This document shows positions 26,935-33,868 of a DNA stretch of 33,868 nucleotides, one piece after another. Below the pieces are notes generated by a model. It had not been told where the DNA came from and did not search any database. It saw only the letters and a program-made list of their open reading frames with translations. A program made the position numbers and the translations under genes. Each line of letters opens with the position of its first letter. The first letter of the stretch is position 1. The DNA comes from a virus: the UHGV virus genome UHGV-0293859; one strand, written 5' to 3'.

Positions 26935-27028
26935 TTTTTTATTTTGTATATAATATATTGAATGATAAGAATAACTAATAATATAACTAAAATTGAAAAT
27001 ATTAAAATATCGAATAAATCAATAATTA
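26935..27028. other. ~95-bp tract of ~10% GC (TTTTTTATTTTGTATATAATATATTGAATGATAAGAATAACTAATAATATAACTAAAATTGAAAATATTAAAATATCGAATAAATCAATAATTATCATT)
   Basis: Read directly; contrasts with ~58% GC surroundings. Confidence 0.6.
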
Positions 27029-27400
27029 TCATTGCTGGACTCCTTTCTGCTCAATCTCCCAGGGCCATTGTTTAATCTCGTCCACATCGTAGGGAAGTGC
27101 ATTCCCATATACATCCTGAAGATATATTTTCCCCCGGTCTACGTTTGTATAAAGTACTGTATGTGTATCATCACTAAAACGAACCATGACGTTATCACCC
27201 TGCCCTAACCGCATGATGGGGGGAAACTTGGCTACCAGTTCAGACCAATCCTCCCAACACTGGGTTTTTCCTAATAGGCCCGATATAGGAGAGGTGCATA
27301 ACCCACACGTGCAACAAATATGGTCGCACTCTTCCTCTCCTACCATGAACCTTACATACTCCGGCATTTTCCCGCATAGCGGGCATTTAGGCGTTTTCAT
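27029..27400 (-). CDS. Zinc-finger-like hypothetical protein (CPLCG...CDHICCTCGLC)
   Basis: Start taken at MKTPKCPLCG (27400). Confidence 0.3.
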   Translation of the reverse strand: MKTPKCPLCGKMPEYVRFMVGEEECDHICCTCGLCTSPISGLLGKTQCWEDWSELVAKFPPIMRLGQGDNVMVRFSDDTHTVLYTNVDRGKIYLQDVYGNALPYDVDEIKQWPWEIEQKGVQQ

Positions 27401-27782
27401 CGTCCCTCCTTTCAAACACGATTTCCACCTTGCCGGCGCGTCCCAGGTCGTGAATCCGCTCAATCCCGGCGCAATCCAGCGTCCGGTCGTCAATCCCCAG
27501 GGCCTTGCAAGCTCCATCCAGATACGCCTTGCAGCGCGCCAGGCAATTATCCGCGTCCGGCTTCGGCCCCTTGAAAAACCAGACCACCCGGTAATGCGTC
27601 GGTTGCATCCTCCGTCCATTCAGGGCTTCATAAGTCCTGCCCCAGGCTATATTCCGGGCGCGGCTCTTGGCAGCCGTCTTTTTGTACCCGGCCACAATGG
27701 CCCCCCTCTGCGTGAGAGGGGCCTTGGCATTCGGAGACAGGCAGCGCGGCGTGTGGGGCAAAGTAATGGTCAGCGTGGTCAT
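27387..27782 (-). CDS. rusA: RusA-like Holliday junction resolvase
   Basis: Start at MTTLTITLPHTP (27782); LPHTPRCLSPNAKAP...GYKKTAAKS and C-terminal DADNCLARCKAYLDGACKALGIDDRTLD resemble RusA PPS.N and DxxN...K..lDal...DD motifs. Confidence 0.6.
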   Translation of the reverse strand: MTTLTITLPHTPRCLSPNAKAPLTQRGAIVAGYKKTAAKSRARNIAWGRTYEALNGRRMQPTHYRVVWFFKGPKPDADNCLARCKAYLDGACKALGIDDRTLDCAGIERIHDLGRAGKVEIVFERRDDENA

Positions 27783-28915
27783 CACTTCGCACCTCCTTCT
27801 ATCTCCTTCACGGATCCTTCGGAAACCTTCGTAGAAGCACACCCGGCAAGAGTCTTCCGCAGCCATTTCTTCGATTCGTCCACAGTGGTCTGGATTCCTT
27901 GAAGCTTCCTGACGGAATGCACCAGTTTATCCAATTCTGTAATCCCCACTTTGCAAACTGCGGTAAACTCTGCCGCTCCGATTCTATCGGGGAACAGCTC
28001 ATGCAAAACATTGAAAGCGGCTGCCGGGTCTGTTACCGTAAATGCCTTCTTCCCGGAAGTAAGACACAACCCTGGAATTTCCAGTTCGGCCTTCAAATCG
28101 GCTTTTACCTTCGCCTCCACAGAAGCGGCCCATTTCTTGGCGAGTTGAGCGAGGTCGTAGGCTTCCCTACGTTTTTCCGGGGACCACTGTTCCCATGAGG
28201 CCGTCAAATCCCCGGACGTCACCTGCACCAAAGCCAGCTTCACCGCCGGGCAGGAAGACTGGGCCCGGCAATACCGGCAAGCCTTCTCGCTGGGCTTCAA
28301 CGGGGCGTGCTCATCCTGCGCCTGCTCAATGCAGGCCCGGAAAAACGCCCGCGCCTGATCCACGCTCTCGCGGGTGTACCGGCAAACGGCAGGCTCCTTC
28401 CGGCTCGCGTAAGGCTGCAAAATGCACACAAACACCTCGTCCACAGCCCCATCCTCAAACATATCCATCACCAGCACGGCCAGGGCGCTCAACTGCAAAT
28501 TGCACTCGGCAGCCGCCACAGGCAGGCGGCCGAACTTATAATCCACCACCAAAGCCCTGCGGGCGCCCACGGCGACCATATCCGGCTTCCCGGAAAACAG
28601 GCGGTCGCCGCGCTCAAACAACCGGACTTCCCGATAACGGCTGACATCCGTACTTCCCAGGTATTTGTTGCACAGAAAATCTTCCATCTCGCGGCACCAG
28701 GCAACGGCCTCGGCGTCCTCCGGGTCTTCCGGCGTTGTCCCCTGTTCCATGCAGGCATGCAGCATGGTTCCCATGGCGGCGTCCTCGCTCTCTTCGTCGT
28801 GAGGGCATTTCCTTTCTGCATTCCAGCTTCCGGGGCAGAGGAAAAGCCGCTGCATCCCGCTCGCGCTGGGCAGCCCCTGACGTTCATCCTTGATCATTTC
28901 CATTGCGTCCATCAT
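27782..28915 (-). CDS. PD-(D/E)XK nuclease with C-terminal Cys cluster (Cas4/DUF2800-like phage exonuclease)
   Basis: Start taken at MMDAMEM (28915); ..DMVAVGARRALVVDYKFG.. (D...EVDYK-like core) and CRYCRAQSSCPA Fe-S-type cysteines. Confidence 0.55.
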   Translation of the reverse strand: MMDAMEMIKDERQGLPSASGMQRLFLCPGSWNAERKCPHDEESEDAAMGTMLHACMEQGTTPEDPEDAEAVAWCREMEDFLCNKYLGSTDVSRYREVRLFERGDRLFSGKPDMVAVGARRALVVDYKFGRLPVAAAECNLQLSALAVLVMDMFEDGAVDEVFVCILQPYASRKEPAVCRYTRESVDQARAFFRACIEQAQDEHAPLKPSEKACRYCRAQSSCPAVKLALVQVTSGDLTASWEQWSPEKRREAYDLAQLAKKWAASVEAKVKADLKAELEIPGLCLTSGKKAFTVTDPAAAFNVLHELFPDRIGAAEFTAVCKVGITELDKLVHSVRKLQGIQTTVDESKKWLRKTLAGCASTKVSEGSVKEIEGGAK

Positions 28916-28931
28916 CGTCAACAAGTCAGGG

Positions 28932-29951
28932 TTAATGCTCAAAAGAACCAAAGGAAGGCACATCCTCCGGCACATCCAGGCCGGGAATACCGTCTTCCGG
29001 CATCGGTGCGGTTACAGACGGCGGGGCCTGCGTCGTCCTGGGAGCTGCCTTTGGAGCGGGGGCAGATGCAGGAATCTTCGGCAGGGAGGGGTCACTGGCG
29101 GGCTGGTCGTCTGCGGGGAACTCGTCTCTAACCTTCCTTACCCCCTCAACAATGCCGTTATAAACATTGCTCAAATCCCGCAATTCATTTACGGACATTT
29201 CTTCCAGCTTGTGACCCAACCTGGCTTCAAGCCGGGAACGCGTCACTCCATAGACTAAAAAATTAGCTTCCAGAGAGCGGAGAATATCATCCTTACTCCG
29301 CTTGAATCCGTTCTCCTGCGTAATCTTCACAGCTTCCATCGCTTCATCCGTCAGCCACCCGGGAAGCACCTGCAAAATGCAGGCGCGGATTCGGCGGGAA
29401 GCCATATTCGCGCAGAGTTCGTAAATATCCCGTTCGCTGTCCAAAGCAACACGTTTCATCACCTTCTTACCGTCCTCATACTCGTTCTTGTCGCGGGTGT
29501 GAGGAACTGAAAAAGCAATTTCCCTCCTGACATTGGTCTCTTTGTCGAAACAATAGGCAAGACATTCGGACACATTGCAGCCGCTTCCATCCGCGCCCTT
29601 GGGATCCCAATGCCGGGCAACCTCCTTCCATCCGGCTTCCGCATTCCCCCAGGCCCCGATCAGCGCCTCCGCCAGACGGATGCTGGGGCCCGTCACGGTC
29701 GTATTTCCGCGAGGGTAGGAATAAGTGGCGGACTGCGCCAATTTCGATTGATCGCAAGCCTGCTTCATCCTCAAGGTCACTTCGGCCAAATTCCGCGGAA
29801 ACTGCTTGGCAATCCAGATCGACGCAAGCACGGAAGTAACGGCTGCATTGCTCGTCATGGCAGCCAGGGCCCCGCCTCCGGCGGAAGCCTGAACGGCAAA
29901 CGGATTGCCCGGCGCTTGATTGGAAAGTTCGTTTGTTGTATTGGTATTCAC
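28932..29951 (-). CDS. Putative single-strand annealing/ssDNA-binding recombination protein (family not resolved)
   Basis: 339 aa, acidic Pro-rich C-terminal tail ending ..EDVPSFGSFEH; immediately upstream of the PD-(D/E)XK nuclease as in exo/annealase pairs. Confidence 0.35.
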   Translation of the reverse strand: MNTNTTNELSNQAPGNPFAVQASAGGGALAAMTSNAAVTSVLASIWIAKQFPRNLAEVTLRMKQACDQSKLAQSATYSYPRGNTTVTGPSIRLAEALIGAWGNAEAGWKEVARHWDPKGADGSGCNVSECLAYCFDKETNVRREIAFSVPHTRDKNEYEDGKKVMKRVALDSERDIYELCANMASRRIRACILQVLPGWLTDEAMEAVKITQENGFKRSKDDILRSLEANFLVYGVTRSRLEARLGHKLEEMSVNELRDLSNVYNGIVEGVRKVRDEFPADDQPASDPSLPKIPASAPAPKAAPRTTQAPPSVTAPMPEDGIPGLDVPEDVPSFGSFEH

Positions 29952-30022
29952 GTTATTAGTATTCTATTGGTTAGTATTGATAACAGGCCGGGGACCAGTT
30001 GGCGCTGGCCCCGGCCAACTCA

Positions 30023-30847
30023 CTATCGGTCGATTTCTCCGGTGAAGGAGGATTTCGTACACAGGCACACGGCGCCGCGGTGAATCCGGTTCTCCGGCAG
30101 ATCCTTTGCCAGCTTGTCGGCAATATCCTTAATAGCATTGCGTTCCGGAATATCTGCCCGGATAAGCTGATAGATGAAGAACAGTTTTCCATCAGTCAAC
30201 CGGACGCGAAGGCGAACTTTGATTTCATAGGTGGTATCTCCTTCGGCCCCCCGGATAACCGGAATCGCAATCGTGAACTCCGTGGGCACATTCAGTTCGC
30301 CGCTCTTGGAATCCACCGTTTCGTTGTAAGTCAGCTTCGTTTCGCCGTCGGATGCCCGGTAGGCAGACTTAAACTCCACCTTGCGGTGCATGTCGAACTT
30401 GCTCGCCAGCGTCAGCATTGCAGACGGGGTGGGCTTCATCACGTCCTTGCTGTTCTCTTCGAGGAATTCTACAAAATCCTTCTGGCTCATGCCCTGTCCG
30501 TCGTATTTGGTCCAATTCTCCCACTCCACCGTCTTGTTGAGCTGCATGGTGGCTTGGTGGTCCCCCCATCCATTACCATCGGGGGAATAATAATTGAGCA
30601 CGGCGCATACTTCTCTGTCGCTCACGTAAATCACGCTCTTGACGCCATTTTCGGCATCTTCCGCCTTCACGAAATCTGCCAGCGTTTCCAGGTCCAGCAG
30701 CTGAACACTGCCGGCCTTGCGAGGGGGCGTATTGCCCAGGCAATCCAGATGATAAAGGGTATATCCATTCGGCACGACGGCGGCATGACCATGCGCCACT
30801 TCCTGCACGCGTACGGCTGCCAGAGTTTCTTCGTTCAAGTTATCCAT
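30023..30847 (-). CDS. Conserved-looking hypothetical phage early protein (274 aa)
   Basis: Protein-like composition; the antisense 285-aa + ORF 29999-30856 is R/H/G-rich shadow. Confidence 0.4.
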   Translation of the reverse strand: MDNLNEETLAAVRVQEVAHGHAAVVPNGYTLYHLDCLGNTPPRKAGSVQLLDLETLADFVKAEDAENGVKSVIYVSDREVCAVLNYYSPDGNGWGDHQATMQLNKTVEWENWTKYDGQGMSQKDFVEFLEENSKDVMKPTPSAMLTLASKFDMHRKVEFKSAYRASDGETKLTYNETVDSKSGELNVPTEFTIAIPVIRGAEGDTTYEIKVRLRVRLTDGKLFFIYQLIRADIPERNAIKDIADKLAKDLPENRIHRGAVCLCTKSSFTGEIDR

Positions 30848-30894
30848 ATAATTTAATTCTATAATGTTTATGTTGTTATGTGGTTGTTGGGAAC

Positions 30895-31290
30895 TTAGGC
30901 GCGCTTAGCTACCTTGGCGGGGACTCCGGCATCAACATCGGCAGCAGCCGGGAATGTCACCTTCACAGGAGCATCCAGGTCCAGTTTCCCCTGGGCGGGG
31001 TCGTCCGTATGCAGGGCGCCGGAGGTATCGGCAAACATAATGCGCGGGGCAATCGTCGGATCCGGGATGCTGGCCGTAACCTTCGGCTCAATCACCACCT
31101 GATTCACGCCGCCCTTGCGCTTCACATTCAGCTTAAGAGTCAGGGACCCATTATTCCCGGTTGCCAGCACGGCGGAAACAAGGTTAGCTAGCTTGGTATC
31201 CAGGGCTTCCAAAAGAGCCCCTTCGTTAATCTCGGAAAGTCCTCCGAAAAAGACATCTCCGGGTACCTGTCGTTTAGTTACTTCACTCAT
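30895..31290 (-). CDS. Hypothetical protein
   Basis: 131-aa ORF. Confidence 0.3.
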   Translation of the reverse strand: MSEVTKRQVPGDVFFGGLSEINEGALLEALDTKLANLVSAVLATGNNGSLTLKLNVKRKGGVNQVVIEPKVTASIPDPTIAPRIMFADTSGALHTDDPAQGKLDLDAPVKVTFPAAADVDAGVPAKVAKRA

Positions 31291-31368
31291 GATGCTATCT
31301 ATTGGTTATTGCTTTCCACGATCCGCGTGGAGCGGGACGGTTTTTCCAAACCGTCAAAAGCTTTTCAG

Positions 31369-31749
31369 TTAAAAAAGGTTTTTGAGCAGGAGGAAAATTA
31401 AGAAGAGGAATGTTCCTCCGGCAGTAACCAGTCCACACCAGAAAATCAGGTAAGCGAGGATTTTGGTAATCCGGGGCCCTGATTGGGCGGCTTGGGTATA
31501 GTTCCAGCATCGCTCCGCTTCGTCCGGGATGCCGTTGAGGCGTTCCCTGGCGCATAACGGGCACAGAAAGCGCACGGTGAAGACGCCGTCCTGATGGTCC
31601 CCTACCAGGGACATCCATGAAGACGAGGCTTTCAGCGGCGCCGCGCACATGTAGCAGCGCGTCGTCTTTGCGGGGTGCGGGTTGTTGGTGATCGTTTCCA
31701 CCATCCCCTTGAAGGGGCCCCGGTCAATGATGTGTTGATGTGTGGTCAT
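31369..31749 (-). CDS. Hypothetical CxxC...CxxC protein with C-terminal TM helix
   Basis: 126 aa; CYMC...CPLC; hydrophobic ILAYLIFWCGLVTAGGTFLFLIFLLL. Confidence 0.3.
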   Translation of the reverse strand: MTTHQHIIDRGPFKGMVETITNNPHPAKTTRCYMCAAPLKASSSWMSLVGDHQDGVFTVRFLCPLCARERLNGIPDEAERCWNYTQAAQSGPRITKILAYLIFWCGLVTAGGTFLFLIFLLLKNLF

Positions 31750-32057
31750 TTTCTTTTGTTAGTTAAGTATTTTTCCACGTCTTCCATGTTATAAAGGGTT
31801 CCTTTTCCGACTCCTTCCAGCCTTCTTACATTCTTGCCCGCCCGTGCCAGGATGTTGTCCATCTGACGGGATGAAATGTCATAATAAGTGGCTAAGGTGG
31901 AGCTTTTAGCGTATTTCTTTTCGATTGCTCCGAAAATGGAAACGGAAGACGATTCAGGCGTAGAAGGAACAGGCGTTGTTGCCAGCTCCCGCAATACTCC
32001 GGCCAACGTTTCCAGCGCGGTCGCAAGGGTGGTCATGGTTGTGTCGTTTTCGCTCAT
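31746..32057 (-). CDS. HTH_17/AlpA-excisionase-like DNA-binding protein
   Basis: ..LATYYDISSRQMDNILARAGKNVRRLEGVGKGTLYNMEDVEKYL matches MerR-like excisionase fold pattern. Confidence 0.45.
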   Translation of the reverse strand: MSENDTTMTTLATALETLAGVLRELATTPVPSTPESSSVSIFGAIEKKYAKSSTLATYYDISSRQMDNILARAGKNVRRLEGVGKGTLYNMEDVEKYLTNKRK

Positions 32058-32186
32058 GTTCGTTCTTCTGAATTGGCCGCCCGGACGGGTATGCCCCGCG
32101 CCTGCCAGACCGTATTATTCTTATCTACCGATTTGTGTATTTTGGTTTTAGGCCCCACCTGGGCCGGGCGATTGGTTAAAAGTCAG

Positions 32187-32354
32187 TTAGTCGTCGTAGT
32201 GTCCGTCCGGGTTGTAGCATTGGGGGGCGTGGTCAAAATCCCACTCGTCGATAGCCTGCTCTATCTGCTCCAGGAGTCCAACCGCGACGCCGTAGGAAAT
32301 AGGTTCGCCGTCCACCCGGATGCACCGGTCTTCGTCGTCGTATTCAATGATCAT
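32187..32354 (-). CDS. Small acidic hypothetical protein (55 aa, below track cutoff)
   Basis: Manual translation MIIEYDDEDRCIRVDGEPISYGVAVGLLEQIEQAIDEWDFDHAPQCYNPDGHYDD. Confidence 0.2.
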   Translation of the reverse strand: MIIEYDDEDRCIRVDGEPISYGVAVGLLEQIEQAIDEWDFDHAPQCYNPDGHYDD

Positions 32355-32437
32355 TGTTCAACGTCCATCTAAATTTGATATGATAAGCATCAAAAATACG
32401 ATAATGCCGCCTATAAGAATTAGAAACACGCCATCAT

Positions 32438-32770
32438 TCATAACTCGTTATTATTTTTAACTTTTGTCCTGGTGATTCTCGTCGTTCCTGACACGATGAT
32501 TTGTCCTCCGTCCGGTTTATAAATCACATACCCATATATTGGAATATCTCCCCTCGATCCCATCCTGAACGCCTCAACACAGTTTGCATATCCCGTTGTA
32601 AAAACAACATCGGGAATGCCGTTCTGTTCAATTTTAAATTCCCATGTTGGTGTCTCTTTTTTTAGGGGTTTTTCCTGATTATCGGCTTGTTTAACAGGTT
32701 GAGGCTCGGAACCCTGATCGCAACCTGAAAGAACAAGCCCGGACAAGACGAGGGCGAACAGAGCTTTCAC
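32438..32770 (-). CDS. Lipoprotein (signal peptide plus lipobox LSGC) in low-GC accessory island; superinfection-exclusion candidate
   Basis: MKALFALVLSGLVLSGC...; AT-rich codon usage unlike the rest of the prophage. Confidence 0.55.
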   Translation of the reverse strand: MKALFALVLSGLVLSGCDQGSEPQPVKQADNQEKPLKKETPTWEFKIEQNGIPDVVFTTGYANCVEAFRMGSRGDIPIYGYVIYKPDGGQIIVSGTTRITRTKVKNNNEL

Positions 32771-33009
32771 TTCTTCACCTCCTTCTGTTCGGTTTTCTTA
32801 AAAGGTGGTTCACCACCTACAGGCAAAAAAACTCGCTTCTTAACAATGCGTTTTGTTTTAGGTGGTTCACCACCTGCGAGCAAAAAAACTACTTGCCCAG
32901 AAACAGATCTTTGTTCTTTTCGTGCAATCAGTTTTATCTGTTCAAATAAGTCAATAGGGAGGTTAATTGTTATTTGCTTTTTCTCGTATTTCTCTGGCGA
33001 TGTTCTCAT
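32767..33009 (-). CDS. Ribbon-helix-helix (Arc/CopG-like) DNA-binding protein with repeat-encoded C-terminal tail
   Basis: KKQITINLPIDLFEQIKLIARKEQRSVSGQVVFLL (beta-alpha-alpha); tail AGGEPPKTK...VGGEPPFKK encoded by the 57-bp-period DNA repeat. Confidence 0.45.
   Translation of the reverse strand: MRTSPEKYEKKQITINLPIDLFEQIKLIARKEQRSVSGQVVFLLAGGEPPKTKRIVKKRVFLPVGGEPPFKKTEQKEVKK
32802..32874. repeat. Two copies of AGGTGGTTCACCACCT-N-GCAAAAAAACT (57-bp period); third related perfect palindrome GGTGGTTAACCACC at 33194-33207
   Basis: Read directly: 32802-32817, 32859-32874, 33194-33207. Confidence 0.6.
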
Positions 33010-33454
33010 AATCTTCGGGTGTAAGAATTACATTTTGAGTTTGTTGAACCAAATAAGCGGTAATGATTTCAGTCATGGTCATATTCAGCTCTTTTGCTCT
33101 CTTTTGAAATTTTCGGAAGAGGACGATTGGTATCCATACTGAAATCTGTTTTTTGTCTATCTTCCGTTGACTTGGCATGTGCTCACCATAATCGGTGGTT
33201 AACCACCAGTCAATACTATTTTTCATTTTTCTACATTTTTTTTCATCATAAATCATACCTGAGCTCTTCACAATTTTTTTCCCTTCATTAGTATTAAGGG
33301 TGTAATGAAGATAATTAGGTATACAGATCTCGACATGGATTCCTAAGTCATCTTTGATGGAGGAACGGGAAAACGAAGAGATTGACGAGTTCATTTCTTT
33401 TTCTCCTCCTTTTGAGTGATGTTCCTCAAGATCCTTTTCGTGGTTCTCCGGCAA
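32963..33454 (-). CDS. Protein with C-terminal RHH domain paralogous to the adjacent RHH (KKQISVWIPIVLFRKFQKRAKE vs KKQITINLPIDLFEQIKLIARKE)
   Basis: 163-aa ORF (ATG at 33394 also plausible); low GC. Confidence 0.4.
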   Translation of the reverse strand: MPENHEKDLEEHHSKGGEKEMNSSISSFSRSSIKDDLGIHVEICIPNYLHYTLNTNEGKKIVKSSGMIYDEKKCRKMKNSIDWWLTTDYGEHMPSQRKIDKKQISVWIPIVLFRKFQKRAKELNMTMTEIITAYLVQQTQNVILTPEDYENIAREIREKANNN

Positions 33455-33603
33455 CCTTCAATAATGCCGAGTCGGAAACAAGTGAACCCGAACAGAACGG
33501 CCAGCAAGAAAAACACAAGCATTACGTTACCTGACATTGCCGTAACCCTTTCTTGCTGAAAATTTAGTTACTAATACGCTAATATTTAAAGCGTTATAAA
33601 TGC

Positions 33604-33618
33604 GGGGGGGGGGGGGGG
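33604..33618. repeat. Homopolymeric G15 tract
   Basis: TGC-G15-TAGG read directly; lies ~150 bp upstream of the - strand RHH/lipoprotein gene cluster. Confidence 0.8.
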
Positions 33619-33704
33619 TAGGATTTCCAGTTTTTCATGAGATTTGATGTCTTGTGACCCCGTTAAGACGTTTTGTCATCAATTTCCCGTTCACCGGATG
33701 ACAA

Positions 33705-33714
33705 GTCATGACAT
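33705..33714. repeat. Right copy of GTCATGACAT direct repeat (candidate attR core), embedded in inverted repeat TTGTCATC...GATGACAA
   Basis: Read directly. Confidence 0.3.
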
Positions 33715-33814
33715 TGCCTAAAACGCTGAAAAAAGGGTTGCCTAACGGGTAAAATGTGATATAAAAGGCACGTATTCAGATTCCTGACTACGTCCTTTCT
33801 ATTTATTCTTTTCC

Positions 33815-33845
33815 GTCCGCGTCGGGAGACGCGGGCGGTTTTTTA
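33815..33845 (+). terminator. Rho-independent terminator (CCGCGTC-GGGA-GACGCGG followed by T6)
   Basis: Read directly; preceded by a possible promoter TTGCCT-16-TATAAA at 33738-33765. Confidence 0.55.
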
Positions 33846-33868
33846 TCCTCGCAGGGTTCATTTTTTCT

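Noticed and set aside
29999-30856. 285-aa + strand ORF almost co-extensive with the 274-aa - strand gene
   Set aside because: Composition (R/H/G/L-rich, low complexity) looks like an antisense artefact. The - strand product is protein-like and fits the operon orientation.
32802-32874. Two ~35-bp direct repeats with ~22-bp spacer considered as a mini CRISPR array
   Set aside because: There are only two copies. They are internally palindromic, lie inside a coding frame, and have no cas genes nearby. Operator or repeat-encoded peptide is the better explanation.
1-33868. Searched by eye for tRNA/tmRNA 3' ends at the prophage boundaries, looking for GGTTCGAATCC-type T-arms and acceptor stems
   Set aside because: None recognised. 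Integration into a tRNA cannot be excluded without a proper scan (tRNAscan or ARAGORN).

Overview
This 33.9 kb window is almost entirely one temperate, siphovirus-like prophage in a high-GC background (GC visibly in the high 50s %). I found no rRNA, tRNA or CRISPR array.

Layout:
- Left end: a tyrosine integrase on the + strand, preceded by CTGTACA(G) palindromic repeats, then a GT-A-fold glycosyltransferase.
- 2.2-22.8 kb, all on the - strand (transcribed from high to low coordinates): a late operon running TerS (its frame is broken at a C4 run), TerL, portal, protease/scaffold fusion, major capsid, neck proteins, a collagen-like fibre, a lysis cassette (amidase plus small membrane proteins) placed unusually in the middle of the operon, an Ig-like tail protein, chaperone, tape measure, a low-GC membrane-protein moron, a 714-aa tail protein and the glycosyltransferase.
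- 22.8-24.2 kb, + strand: an opposite-orientation island with a zinc-ribbon protein, a terminator, and a tightly operator-controlled two-gene operon (a small very acidic protein followed by a Cro/YdaS-like HTH) that resembles an anti-CRISPR/Aca locus.
- 24.2-32.1 kb, - strand: an early replication/recombination module with a DnaC-like loader, a replisome organiser carrying internal iterons, an orphan DNA MTase, RusA, a Cas4-like PD-(D/E)XK nuclease, a putative annealing protein and an excisionase-like HTH.
- 32.4-33.6 kb: a low-GC accessory island with a lipoprotein and two paralogous ribbon-helix-helix (RHH) proteins with GGTGG...CCACC palindromes, followed by a G15 homopolymer.
- A 10-bp direct repeat GTCATGACAT at both window ends is a candidate att core.

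Everything here is read by eye from the sequence and ORF translations. The 6-frame track uses ATG/GTG/TTG starts and its coordinates include the stop codon. Family assignments are motif-level recall, not database hits.
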